A stretch of 64,000 nucleotides of DNA from Fidelibacterota bacterium (GTDB lineage: Bacteria > Fidelibacterota > Marinisomatia > SCGC-AAA003-L08 > JACNLC01): positions 12,569 to 76,568 of the forward strand of contig JACNLC010000085.1 of the NCBI GenBank assembly GCA_014381725.1, read 5' to 3'. Under the pieces are notes generated by a model that worked only from the letters and a program-made list of their open reading frames with translations, was not told where the DNA came from and searched no databases. Position numbers and translations under genes: made by a program. Each line of letters starts with the position of its first letter. Position 1 is the stretch's first letter. Below, in pieces: positions 49,433 to 59,759 of this stretch.

Positions 49433-50568
49433 AAACTTCTAATCCTTTCGCTCAATGTAATTAATTCTCTTTCAAATGATATTTTGTTTTTAGTAGTTCT
49501 TCCACCTATGTGAATTTTATGTTTTGTAATTGCAATAAAAATATCTTTCCTCCAAAAGAAGAATGACATCATCATACCTACAACTCCAAACAACATTCCT
49601 AAATAAATTATGGATTTACCACTATTTTTTTTCAAACTGAAACCTGTAATCCAATTCTTTCTATCTTTCATATTTTTTCGCATTTCTTGAATTTGTTTCC
49701 AATTTGGATTGTTTTGAATATACTCAAGTGGTTTATAATCGGATTGATGGATACTTAAATTTTTATACAAAAACGGACTATTTACAGTTACTTCGTGATT
49801 TCTGATTTTGTCTCCATTATGGTCAAATACTTGTATAAATGAACGGAAATCAGAAATATCTGTACCAATTCCGCCTTTGTAATAACCTAAACGAAAACTA
49901 TCAACAACAACTGTAATAAATTCATTTTCTGCAGTTGGAATATTCCACGCTGAAAAACTCGGATATTTTTCGATGAATTCTGTGAAATCAGATTTATGTT
50001 CTTTAGCAATCATATATTGGAATTCTTTTTTCGCAGTTGTGCTATATATCATTCCACCAATTACAATCACAAGTAATCCGATGTGAGTTATTAAATGTCC
50101 TAAATTACTCCACCTTAATTTAGTTGCAGAAATTTGAGTAGAAACATCATCATATTGAGTATCTATAGAATAGAATTGCTTTTTCAACAATTCAATTATT
50201 TTAACGGAGCTATCGTCAGATTTCTTTTTGACGGATAAATTTAATTTCATTTTCTCAATTTCATCAGCAGGTTTTAAGTTTGGTTTATACATAGATTTGA
50301 AAACCGGCTTTACATTTTGTATAACGCATAGAAACAAAGATAATACTAATAGCCAAATCAATGCCATATACCACCAAGAAGAATATGGAGAATGTTGTTG
50401 CAACATTGTGTATAAAATGGAAGATTTCCCGAAGAAGTCTGGATATTCGTCCATCAACATTGATAGTAGCGATACAACACCCAATACAATTAGGATAATT
50501 ATCGCAAATTTCATTGAAACCAGTAGATTCCAAAGTTTAGTAAATATATTATTATCTCTTTTGCTCAT
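49429..50568 (-). CDS. resB: Cytochrome c biogenesis protein ResB/CcsB (short form)
   Basis: SMKFAIIIL, YSSWWY, GHLITHIG, VNSPF...HQSDY. Confidence 0.85.
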   Translation of the reverse strand: MSKRDNNIFTKLWNLLVSMKFAIIILIVLGVVSLLSMLMDEYPDFFGKSSILYTMLQQHSPYSSWWYMALIWLLVLSLFLCVIQNVKPVFKSMYKPNLKPADEIEKMKLNLSVKKKSDDSSVKIIELLKKQFYSIDTQYDDVSTQISATKLRWSNLGHLITHIGLLVIVIGGMIYSTTAKKEFQYMIAKEHKSDFTEFIEKYPSFSAWNIPTAENEFITVVVDSFRLGYYKGGIGTDISDFRSFIQVFDHNGDKIRNHEVTVNSPFLYKNLSIHQSDYKPLEYIQNNPNWKQIQEMRKNMKDRKNWITGFSLKKNSGKSIIYLGMLFGVVGMMMSFFFWRKDIFIAITKHKIHIGGRTTKNKISFERELITLSERIRSL

Positions 50569-50731
50569 ATACCAAATTTTCTATATAATCAAGTTTATCG
50601 AAGTGTGAAATTTAAGATATATCAATCTACTTTTGGAAAGATTATTGGCAGGATTAGAATGTTCTAATAGATTAAAGTAATTTACAGGAAATAGATATGC
50701 TTAGTTTTGTTATATAATAACACGAATTTGT

Positions 50732-51535
50732 TTATTCAAAATATTCCCATCTAACGTCCTTTGTAAAATATTGTACATTCTCATATTCATCAATAGCGAC
50801 AATAATCTCAAAACTTGCAACCTCCCCTGGTTGTAATGCACAATCAGAAATAACTTCAGATGAATAAACAATTTGAGAACCATCTACAAATGATGAATCA
50901 ACACCAACTAGCTGGGTATCTTCTGCCCATAATTTGTAAATCACACGGACGAAATCAGCTCTTTTCTGCCCATCATTTATAACTATACCCTTGTATTTCC
51001 TTTGGTCAGAGTAGATTTCTTCAATTGCTTCACCTTCAAAAATGACATTTGCTACTGGTACAGCAATTTCTTGTATATCTGTAATTTCGCCTTTCTCGAT
51101 TGTTAGTTGTCCAATTTGTGTTTGAACAATCAACCTGTCTGCGTTCTCGTGAATAATCGCACCTTGTACAATCGTTCCGTTGGTTAAAGTAATTTCGTGT
51201 TTTAGTTGTGGAATTTTTATGAGTTTCAAAATATCAGTATTGATTTGTGGAGCACTTAAACGAGATTCATATTCAATGACCCTGGCTCGTAATTCTGCAA
51301 TTTCATCTTCCACATCTTCTACTTTTTTCTGAAGTGGATAAAACTTTGCATCAATAGAATACCCTTCGCCAGATAAAGCAGAACTATCACCAACCTTAAA
51401 TAAATCATCTTGTTGTGAAATAAACTCATTTTGGGTTGTTTTAACAGAATCTTCAGGTGAAGGTTTATCCTTTTTTCCGAAACAATTAAGTCCTGCAAAC
51501 ACAACTATAAATATTAAAATTGTAATTTTTTTCAT
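50732..51535 (-). CDS. Hypothetical lipoprotein (coiled coil, small beta domain, Ig-like domain)
   Basis: GLNC lipobox-like motif. Overlaps the HEAT gene stop. Confidence 0.6.
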   Translation of the reverse strand: MKKITILIFIVVFAGLNCFGKKDKPSPEDSVKTTQNEFISQQDDLFKVGDSSALSGEGYSIDAKFYPLQKKVEDVEDEIAELRARVIEYESRLSAPQINTDILKLIKIPQLKHEITLTNGTIVQGAIIHENADRLIVQTQIGQLTIEKGEITDIQEIAVPVANVIFEGEAIEEIYSDQRKYKGIVINDGQKRADFVRVIYKLWAEDTQLVGVDSSFVDGSQIVYSSEVISDCALQPGEVASFEIIVAIDEYENVQYFTKDVRWEYFE

Positions 51536-52647
51536 TGTCCGTTTACCTCATTATTGGTTTTAGTTTTCTGAATTGCAATATAAGACGCCATCCGTAATTT
51601 ATCTTTATATTCTTCGAATTCGTTCAAGTTATTTACAATTGTTAGAATTTCATCATAAAAAATGTAATTTTCGGGATATTCTAACATGCTAACTAAATCA
51701 TCCAAAACTGTTGTATCATTAAATTTCGACAGATTTCTTATGGCTTTTAGTCGTAGTGATTTCGGAAATTCATTTGACTTTGCAATTTCAAGAAGTGCAG
51801 GTTTTAGTGTTGGATGTTCAAATTCGTCCATTGCTAATAACAATGTATTCAACAATTTAAAATACTCTTTTTTTCCTGATTGATAGGATTCAACCAATGC
51901 TAAAATCATTCTTTCTTCGCTAATATCACCCATTGCATTATACGCGAAATCTTTTAGATTGATATTGGATTTTGGGTCACCTAAAACATTTAAGAAAAAA
52001 TCTACAACTTCAGGTGCATTTTTTTTACCCAAAATCTCAATCGCCTGATTTCTAATTGCAATATCAATATCGGAATTATTCGCAATTTCTATTAATACTG
52101 GAATAACTCGTTCATCTCCAATCGTTCCAAGAGTTTGAGTAAGAAGTTTATCCATCCGAGCGTGGTTAGAACGACTAATTTCATACAAATCAATAAGTGT
52201 CATAATTTCATCTTCACTACCGATTTCCCCGATTGCATTGATAATAGTTTCTCGAATTGTTAAAATTTTCACTTCAGTAGTTTTAAGTCCTGTAATCAAG
52301 GATTCAACAGACTCAGAAGAGTCATACTTTGCCAATAAATCAACTGCTTTCGTCATTAATTCTAATTCAAGGAGGTTTGTGGTAGCAACCGATTCTCTAA
52401 TAGCTTCTAGCGCGAGTGGATGTTTGGTTTCCGAGATTGCTTCCAAAGCTGAAATCCTAACATCAAAAGGTTGGCTAGTATCTCGATAAACATCAATCAA
52501 GACAGACAAGGATTTTACTTTTCCTTTATCATAATAAGTTAAACGATGTTTTTCAACTTCTTCAAGCGTAAGTGTTGTTTGATGCGGAGCACATCCAAAG
52601 AAAAACATCAATGTTAGAAAGGATGAAATAAGTGTTTTTGTATTCAT
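51532..52647 (-). CDS. HEAT-repeat lipoprotein
   Basis: FFGC lipobox. VRISALEAI, IINAIGEIG, TLGTIGDERVIPVL, IRNQAIEILGK. Confidence 0.8.
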   Translation of the reverse strand: MNTKTLISSFLTLMFFFGCAPHQTTLTLEEVEKHRLTYYDKGKVKSLSVLIDVYRDTSQPFDVRISALEAISETKHPLALEAIRESVATTNLLELELMTKAVDLLAKYDSSESVESLITGLKTTEVKILTIRETIINAIGEIGSEDEIMTLIDLYEISRSNHARMDKLLTQTLGTIGDERVIPVLIEIANNSDIDIAIRNQAIEILGKKNAPEVVDFFLNVLGDPKSNINLKDFAYNAMGDISEERMILALVESYQSGKKEYFKLLNTLLLAMDEFEHPTLKPALLEIAKSNEFPKSLRLKAIRNLSKFNDTTVLDDLVSMLEYPENYIFYDEILTIVNNLNEFEEYKDKLRMASYIAIQKTKTNNEVNGQ

Positions 52648-52782
52648 AATTTATTAATTCTCTCTTTACAAGTTGATAAATGATACTAATATCTTGACTG
52701 TAATTTAATGAAATTATTTAATCGATTTTACAAAAAAGTGATATTGAATGTTATGAAATAGAAATAGTCTATTATCATAAAA

Positions 52783-53517
52783 TTATTTCCCATAGCTTTC
52801 TTGAGTCCAACCATTTTCATCTAATTTTGTAAGGGTAAGATGCTTTAGCCAATCACCCAAATGGATGAGTTTATGATTATCTTCTGAAAATATTCCTGTT
52901 TGGTGATAATGGCCCATTAAAACTGTATCGTATCCTTCTGCCCATTTCCCCTTGGCAAATTGCACCAATTCTTCTAGCATTTCGTCTTGATTACCAAAAG
53001 TTCGACATTGCTCATTACTAGTTTTTGAAACAAAATTTGCCAAAGCACAACCCCAATCAGGATGCAATATTTTAAAAAGAAAAATACTGATTTTGCTTCT
53101 TATAACTTTTTTCATAAATCGGTATCCATTATCTCTCTTTAATATACCATCACCGTGAGTTACCAAAATTTTCTTATTATCAACTTCAAACTCGAAATCA
53201 GTTTTATGAACTATTGCACCAAACTTTTTTGTAAAGTAACCAAAATCCCAATAATCGTGATTTCCAACCACATAGTGGATTTCTATTCCGTTATGCCGTA
53301 ATGATTCTAAATTTTCGAAGATATCCGAATAACTTTTTGGTGAGACAAAATTATAATCAAACCAAAAATCGAAAAAATCTCCACCGATGATGAGTGTTCC
53401 ACCTGTGGATTTAATTTCAGAGAATAAGTTAAACAATTTTTGTCTTCTAACTTTTTCTTTATGGTCGTAAGTCATTCTAAAATGACTGTCTGACACAAAA
53501 TAGATTGGGTATTTCAT
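52783..53517 (-). CDS. lpxH: UDP-2,3-diacylglucosamine hydrolase-like metallophosphoesterase
   Basis: SDSH, GDFFDFW, GNHD, HGD, GHYH, LGDW. Confidence 0.85.
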   Translation of the reverse strand: MKYPIYFVSDSHFRMTYDHKEKVRRQKLFNLFSEIKSTGGTLIIGGDFFDFWFDYNFVSPKSYSDIFENLESLRHNGIEIHYVVGNHDYWDFGYFTKKFGAIVHKTDFEFEVDNKKILVTHGDGILKRDNGYRFMKKVIRSKISIFLFKILHPDWGCALANFVSKTSNEQCRTFGNQDEMLEELVQFAKGKWAEGYDTVLMGHYHQTGIFSEDNHKLIHLGDWLKHLTLTKLDENGWTQESYGK

Positions 53518-53662
53518 AACTATAAAAGTTACGGAGATTTCTTAAACACTCTAAAGAAGAATTTTGCTGATTTCACTCATCTCAATTTTATCTAAAAACA
53601 TAACACCATAATTCGTTAACTTTTATACAAGAACTTTTGAAAGATTCAGACATTACCAAATT

Positions 53663-56600
53663 ATGAAACACACAAAATATTTACTGATTTTTCTTACAAC
53701 AACAATTCTACTTGGGCAATTTGGACAGAATATTGTCCAATATGATAACTTCGATTGGAAATATCTACAATCTAAACATTTTGACATTTACTATTATGCA
53801 AATGGTAAATCGCACGCTGAATTTACAGCTATTGAATCAGAACGAGCTTATGACAAAATCTCCTCACGACTCAATTGGGATTTGAAAAATCGAGTATCTA
53901 TAATTGTTTACAATTCGCATAATGATTTTCAACAAACGAATGTTGTTGATTCTTATATGTACGAAGGTATAGGTGGTGTTACAGAACTTTTCAAGAACCG
54001 AGTTGTAATTCCATTTGACGGCTCAAACAAAGAATTTAAGCATGTGATTCATCACGAACTCGTTCACGCTTTTGTGACAGATTGCGTTTATGGTGGAAAT
54101 CTACAAAGTCTGATTACACGCCAAATAAAATTTTCAATTCCAATGTGGATGAATGAAGGATTGGCAGAATATCTTGCTTCTCGCTGGGACACAAACTCCG
54201 ATATGTGGATGAGAGACCTCGCCATAAACGGTGGAGAATTACCTCCAATCGAATTTTTATACGGATATATGGCATACCGTGGAGGTCAATCTGTTTGGAA
54301 ATTTATTACAGAAAAATGGGGTGAAGAATCTATTGCTGAAATATTTTATCAAATAAAACGAACAAAAAGCGTTATAAAAGGAATAAAAAAAGCTTTGGGC
54401 TTAGATATGAAAGAATTATCAGAACAATGGCATACTTATCTCAAAAAAGAATATTGGTCGGACATTTCAACTCGCAGTAGTCTAAAAGACATTGCACGAC
54501 AGCTAACAGACCACGAAGAACTTAAAAACTCATACAATGTAGCACCTGCAATTTCTCCTGATGGAGGTCGAATTGCAATTTTTTCCAACAAATCCGGGAG
54601 TATGGCATTATACTTAATTTCAGTTGACGATGGAAACTTCATTAAAAAAGTGATTCAAGGCGAACGAACAGCAGAATTTGAAGAATTACATATTTTGAAA
54701 CCGGGAATTTCGTGGTCTCCTGATGGTAGCAAAATTGCGTTTGCAGGAAAATCTGGAAAATCTGATGCACTGTTCATCGTTGATGTTGCCAGCGGCAGTC
54801 ACCAAAAATTCCGATTTGATATGGAGGGTATATTCCGTCCTGCGTGGAATCCAATACACAACGAAATTGCATTTATAGGAAATAATGGAATTACAAGCGA
54901 TATTTATCTATTCGATTTGAAATCTGAATCTCTAACTAATTTGACTGACGATTGGTTTACAGATGACCAAATTTCGTGGACACCAAACGGAGAATCTCTA
55001 TTGTTTATTTCTGATAGAAATGGAGTTTTAAACCAGAAATATCCCGAAGAAATCGAGTTACATAATATCGATCAAACCGACATCTATAAAATCAATCGGG
55101 ACTCAAAATTAATTACTCGATTAACCAATACCCCATATAATGAAACATATCCACTAATTTCTCAAGATGAACAATCTATAATTTATATTTCAGATGAGTC
55201 TGGGATACACAATATCTACATCCAAAATGATACACTCACACATCCAAAGCCAATCACAAATGCCCTAACTGGAATTACTCAATTAACTTGGAGCAAAGAT
55301 AATTCTGCATTACTGTTTTCCGGAATGGAAAAAAGTGGTTATGATATTTATTTGATGTCAAACCCATTAGACAAAATTTCGGATTCGCTGACCGTTGAAC
55401 TTGCAAAATGGAAAAGTCAAAAGGAAGTATCTTCACTATTCACTCGAGAAGATTTAATCAGAGATACCAATGGTGATGTTTCTTATGAGAATTATATATT
55501 TTCAGAATATGCACAATCCCATCCAGATACTACATCTCATAAAGTTGAATTGACGGAAGAAACTACACAAGACAGTGCAGGAAATTTTATCAGTCACAAT
55601 TACAAGACAAAATTTACGCTGGATTTAATTCAGGGATATTTTTACTACAGCACAATGTATAATCCCGAAGCAATGGCATTTTTTATGTTTAGTGATATGC
55701 TTGGTGACCACAAAATTTATTTGGCAACTGAAATGCAAATTTCTCTGAAAAATTCTAATTATTATTTATTGTATCGTTATCTTCCAAACAAATTGGATAT
55801 CAATTTTCAATTATATCACAATGCAGACATTTATCCATATTCTTACGATGAAGCTATTCGTCTGCGACAACTTGGGTTAGGGACTTATCTATCATATCCA
55901 TTATCAAGATTCCAAAGATTTGAATCTGGTTTGGATTATCGTTATGTTGAACAAGCAGAGCTTGAAGTCGATTGGGATGGAGCTGTGAAAGATTCCATAA
56001 TTGATTATTTGAATGTTGCAATTCCGTCGGTTGGATATGTATGGGATAATACGATTTGGTCTCAAACCTATCCTGTTAGTGGTTCGCGGATGTTTTTGAA
56101 ATATGAGATGAGTCCGAAATTATTTGATAGCAGTTTAGATTTTCAAACTATAACTTTTGATTTACGAAAATATTTTAATGCAGGTAGAGGAATTAGTTTT
56201 GCAGCTAGACTTTACGCCGGGACAAGTTGGGGAGACAATGCTGAAAAATTCAGAGTTGGAGGTTTACCTTGGGCGGTTTCAAATGAAACAGATTATTACA
56301 GCTCAACGCCTGACTACGACAATATTCTTCAAGAAATCTTTTTTACCAAATATGTGATGCCAGTTCGGGGAGCACAAATTAACGAACGATTTGGTGAACA
56401 CACATTATTGATCAACGCTGAAATGCGATTTCCTTTTTTGGTTTATTATTTCCCAACTATAAAATATATTGGACAGATTAGTGCTGTTATATTTTCCGAC
56501 ATTGGCTTGGCTTGGGATGGGCAATATCCACAATATTGGGAAGATGAAAGCTGGAAGTCCAGTCCAAAAGATTTTGTATGGACATACGGTTTTGGTCCAA

Positions 56601-56707
56601 GATTCATCTTCTTAGGAATGCCTTGGAAACTCGATTATGCGTGGGAGTTTAATCCCACTAAAAAAACAAAACGAATGTGGTATTTGTCAATTGGTCTTGA
56701 TTTTTGA
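53663..56707 (+). CDS. Zincin-like domain + TolB/PD40 beta-propeller + Omp85-type barrel
   Basis: HHELVH...NEGLAEY, PAISPDG/WSPDG repeats, NAEMRFP...GFGPR...YLSIGLDF. Confidence 0.85.
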   Translation: MKHTKYLLIFLTTTILLGQFGQNIVQYDNFDWKYLQSKHFDIYYYANGKSHAEFTAIESERAYDKISSRLNWDLKNRVSIIVYNSHNDFQQTNVVDSYMYEGIGGVTELFKNRVVIPFDGSNKEFKHVIHHELVHAFVTDCVYGGNLQSLITRQIKFSIPMWMNEGLAEYLASRWDTNSDMWMRDLAINGGELPPIEFLYGYMAYRGGQSVWKFITEKWGEESIAEIFYQIKRTKSVIKGIKKALGLDMKELSEQWHTYLKKEYWSDISTRSSLKDIARQLTDHEELKNSYNVAPAISPDGGRIAIFSNKSGSMALYLISVDDGNFIKKVIQGERTAEFEELHILKPGISWSPDGSKIAFAGKSGKSDALFIVDVASGSHQKFRFDMEGIFRPAWNPIHNEIAFIGNNGITSDIYLFDLKSESLTNLTDDWFTDDQISWTPNGESLLFISDRNGVLNQKYPEEIELHNIDQTDIYKINRDSKLITRLTNTPYNETYPLISQDEQSIIYISDESGIHNIYIQNDTLTHPKPITNALTGITQLTWSKDNSALLFSGMEKSGYDIYLMSNPLDKISDSLTVELAKWKSQKEVSSLFTREDLIRDTNGDVSYENYIFSEYAQSHPDTTSHKVELTEETTQDSAGNFISHNYKTKFTLDLIQGYFYYSTMYNPEAMAFFMFSDMLGDHKIYLATEMQISLKNSNYYLLYRYLPNKLDINFQLYHNADIYPYSYDEAIRLRQLGLGTYLSYPLSRFQRFESGLDYRYVEQAELEVDWDGAVKDSIIDYLNVAIPSVGYVWDNTIWSQTYPVSGSRMFLKYEMSPKLFDSSLDFQTITFDLRKYFNAGRGISFAARLYAGTSWGDNAEKFRVGGLPWAVSNETDYYSSTPDYDNILQEIFFTKYVMPVRGAQINERFGEHTLLINAEMRFPFLVYYFPTIKYIGQISAVIFSDIGLAWDGQYPQYWEDESWKSSPKDFVWTYGFGPRFIFLGMPWKLDYAWEFNPTKKTKRMWYLSIGLDF

Positions 56708-56817
56708 TTTTACCACAAAAGGCACGAAGATAAATTAATATATATTTAATGTTCAACGTTGAAAAAAAACCGGAAGGAACTCTACGAATAACGCCAAGAA
56801 CGCAAGGGAAATAAATT

Positions 56818-58161
56818 ATGAAAAAGAAAACTGTATTTTTATGTAATGATTGTGGTGACGATTTCGCCAAGTGGGCTGGGAAATGTCCAACTTGCGGTGC
56901 GTGGGGGACATTATCTGAGATGACTATTACTGAATCTTCACGGACTAAATCACCTGCAGCTGAACCTCGAAAACCAGTTTCATTAGATGATATCCTAACA
57001 GATGAACCTACAACACTTCTTGACACTGGAATTAGCGAAATTAATAATGTTCTCGGTGGTGGACTAACTTTATCATCTATAGTATTACTAAGCGGTGAAC
57101 CTGGAATTGGGAAATCCACTTTGGCATTTCAACTAACCAAACAAATCCAGTCAACGCTATATATCTCCGCAGAAGAAAGCGAATCCCAAATTGCAGTTAG
57201 AGCAAAACGGCTGGGCATTACTTCAGAAAAACTCAATATTTCTAGTGAGAATCGATGGGAAGCCATTAGCAAATTACTGGAAATCCACAAACCGGATTTA
57301 CTGATTATCGACTCAATCCAAACAATTTTCACTGAATCGATTGATGGTTTGCCAGGCTCATTGAGTCAAGTTCGCGAATGTGGTTCACAGATTCTTAATT
57401 TTTGCAAACCACGAGGAATTACAACTATTCTCGTCGGACATATAACAAAAGATGGGAAAATAGCCGGTCCTAAAATGCTTGAGCATTTGGTTGATGTTGT
57501 GTTGAATTTAGAAGGCGATAATCGAATGGATTTCAGAATTTTACGCTGCACAAAAAATAGGTTTGGGGCAACACACAATACCGGAATTTTCGAAATGACA
57601 GAAGCTGGTTTAATAGCTGTTGAAAATCCAAGCCAAATGTTCCTTGCAGAACGCTCTGTCCAGACTTCCGGCTCAGTAGTGGTGCCGGTAATGGAAGGAA
57701 ATCGCCCAGTTTTGATTGAAGTTCAAGGATTAGTATCTCCGGCAACTTATGGGAATCCTCAACGGAACGCAACTGGATTTGATATGCGTCGATTATCTAT
57801 GCTATTGGCAATTTTAGATAAACGACTGGGATATCAACTTGGCACGCAGGATGTTTTCGTTAATATGGTTGGCGGTCTAAAACTAACCGAGCCTGCACTC
57901 GATTTAGCAATAGTGTTAGCGATTGCATCGTCATATAGAGATATCCCGATTGATGAGAAAATTGTGTCAGCAGGGGAAATTGGATTATCCGGTGAAGTTC
58001 GTGGAGTTCAACATCTAACCCGTCGGATAAAAGAGGCGGAAAGATTGGGGTTTGAAAAATTTATTTGCCCGGCATCGAATTTGCAGAAATTCAATCAGAA
58101 AACTAAAATGAGATTAATTGGCGTATCCAGTGTTTACGAAGCAATTGAAAAATCCATCTAA
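56818..58161 (+). CDS. radA: DNA repair protein RadA/Sms
   Basis: CNDCG..WAGKCPTC, GEPGIGKST, KNRFG. Confidence 0.97.
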   Translation: MKKKTVFLCNDCGDDFAKWAGKCPTCGAWGTLSEMTITESSRTKSPAAEPRKPVSLDDILTDEPTTLLDTGISEINNVLGGGLTLSSIVLLSGEPGIGKSTLAFQLTKQIQSTLYISAEESESQIAVRAKRLGITSEKLNISSENRWEAISKLLEIHKPDLLIIDSIQTIFTESIDGLPGSLSQVRECGSQILNFCKPRGITTILVGHITKDGKIAGPKMLEHLVDVVLNLEGDNRMDFRILRCTKNRFGATHNTGIFEMTEAGLIAVENPSQMFLAERSVQTSGSVVVPVMEGNRPVLIEVQGLVSPATYGNPQRNATGFDMRRLSMLLAILDKRLGYQLGTQDVFVNMVGGLKLTEPALDLAIVLAIASSYRDIPIDEKIVSAGEIGLSGEVRGVQHLTRRIKEAERLGFEKFICPASNLQKFNQKTKMRLIGVSSVYEAIEKSI

Positions 58162-58164
58162 TAT

Positions 58165-59301
58165 ATGAAATCAATTTTTAAAATTCAAAAATTAAATTCT
58201 ACTACATCTGCAAGAGCAGGAGTTGTTCAAACAGGTCACGGAGAAGTAGAAACTCCATTCTTTATGCCGGTTGGAACTTATGGTGCTGTCAAAACACAAT
58301 CCTCAGAAGAAATAGCAGATTTACCAAGTAAAATATTATTGGGAAATACTTACCATTTATTTCTTCGCCCGGGAACTGAAATTTTGCAACAAGCTGGTGG
58401 TCTTCACGGATTTATGAATTGGGATGGTGCTATTCTGACAGATTCTGGAGGATTCCAAATTTTCAGTTTGGAAGGTTTTCGTAAGATAACTGATGATGGC
58501 GTAACCTTTCAGTCACACCTTGATGGCTCAAAACACCATTTTACTCCGGAGCGTATTGTTGACATTCAAAGAATTATCGGCTCAGATTTTATGATGATGC
58601 TCGATGTTTGTCCGCCAGGTGACGCTGATAATAAAGTCTGGATGGATGCTCTAAAACAGACAACCGCTTGGGCAAAACGCGGGATGGAACATTATCGAAA
58701 TTCCGAACCGATTTATGGTTACCACCAAATTTTATTACCAATAGTTCAAGGAGGGACAAATTCTGAAATGCGAAAACAGTCTGCTGACGAACTAGTTGAA
58801 CTAAATGCAGAAGCTTATGCAATCGGTGGACTTGCTGTTGGTGAACCTAAACCTAAAATGTTAGATACTGTTCAGTTGATGGATGAGTGTTTACCTAAAG
58901 AGAAACCACGATATTTAATGGGAGTTGGAACCCCTGCTGATTTAGTGCGAAATGTAGCTCGTGGAGTTGATATGTTCGATTGCGTGATGCCTACGCGGAA
59001 CGCTCGAAACGGACAACTTTTTACCGCAAATGGAAAAATCAATATCCGTAATGCAAAATTTAAAAATGATTTTAATTGCATTGACGATTCTGGAATTTCT
59101 CCAATGTCAAAAATTTACACTAAATCATATTTACATCATTTGTTCAAAACTGAAGAAATTTTAGGATATCGAATTGCAACTCAGCAAAATTTGAAATTTT
59201 ATGTTTGGTTGATGAATAAAATGAGGAAAGAAATTCTTAATGAATCTTTTGAAAAATGGGCAAACGATTTTCTAATGTGTTACGAGGGAGAAAAGCTGTG
59301 A
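58165..59301 (+). CDS. tgt: tRNA-guanine transglycosylase
   Basis: FMPVGT, NTYHL, TDSGGFQ, GGLAVGE, DMFDCVMPTRNARNG. Confidence 0.97.
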   Translation: MKSIFKIQKLNSTTSARAGVVQTGHGEVETPFFMPVGTYGAVKTQSSEEIADLPSKILLGNTYHLFLRPGTEILQQAGGLHGFMNWDGAILTDSGGFQIFSLEGFRKITDDGVTFQSHLDGSKHHFTPERIVDIQRIIGSDFMMMLDVCPPGDADNKVWMDALKQTTAWAKRGMEHYRNSEPIYGYHQILLPIVQGGTNSEMRKQSADELVELNAEAYAIGGLAVGEPKPKMLDTVQLMDECLPKEKPRYLMGVGTPADLVRNVARGVDMFDCVMPTRNARNGQLFTANGKINIRNAKFKNDFNCIDDSGISPMSKIYTKSYLHHLFKTEEILGYRIATQQNLKFYVWLMNKMRKEILNESFEKWANDFLMCYEGEKL

Positions 59302-59759
59302 CAAATATTGTTGTTAGAGTAATTGATTGCCACATCGTTCGGTGGAATAATGATATTCCAGAATTTTTGTTGTTGAAACGAGCGGATAATGTTATCTATC
59401 CAGGAATCTGGCAATGTGTTACAGGGAAAATTGAACAAAACGAAAAACCATATCAAACGGCTATCAGAGAATTACACGAAGAAACAGGATTGCAACCACA
59501 AGCAATGTGGACGATTGATCAAGTAAATCACTATTACGAAGCAGAATTGGATAGAATGAATTTTATTCCAATTTTTGGCGTGGAAGTTTCTGAGAGTAAA
59601 ATTTCTTTATCCGACGAACACACCAATTACAAATGGTGTCCAATCGAAGAAGCCTCAGATTTGCTTTTGTGGACACAACAAAAAAATGGATTACTTGAAT
59701 TTCACAATATGCTTACAACCAAAACAGAAAAATTGGATTTAACGAAAGTGAGTGTTTAA
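59298..59759 (+). CDS. NUDIX hydrolase (NudB-like)
   Basis: WQCVTGKIE...AIRELHEETGL, LSDEH. GTG start overlapping the tgt stop. Confidence 0.85.
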   Translation: MTNIVVRVIDCHIVRWNNDIPEFLLLKRADNVIYPGIWQCVTGKIEQNEKPYQTAIRELHEETGLQPQAMWTIDQVNHYYEAELDRMNFIPIFGVEVSESKISLSDEHTNYKWCPIEEASDLLLWTQQKNGLLEFHNMLTTKTEKLDLTKVSV

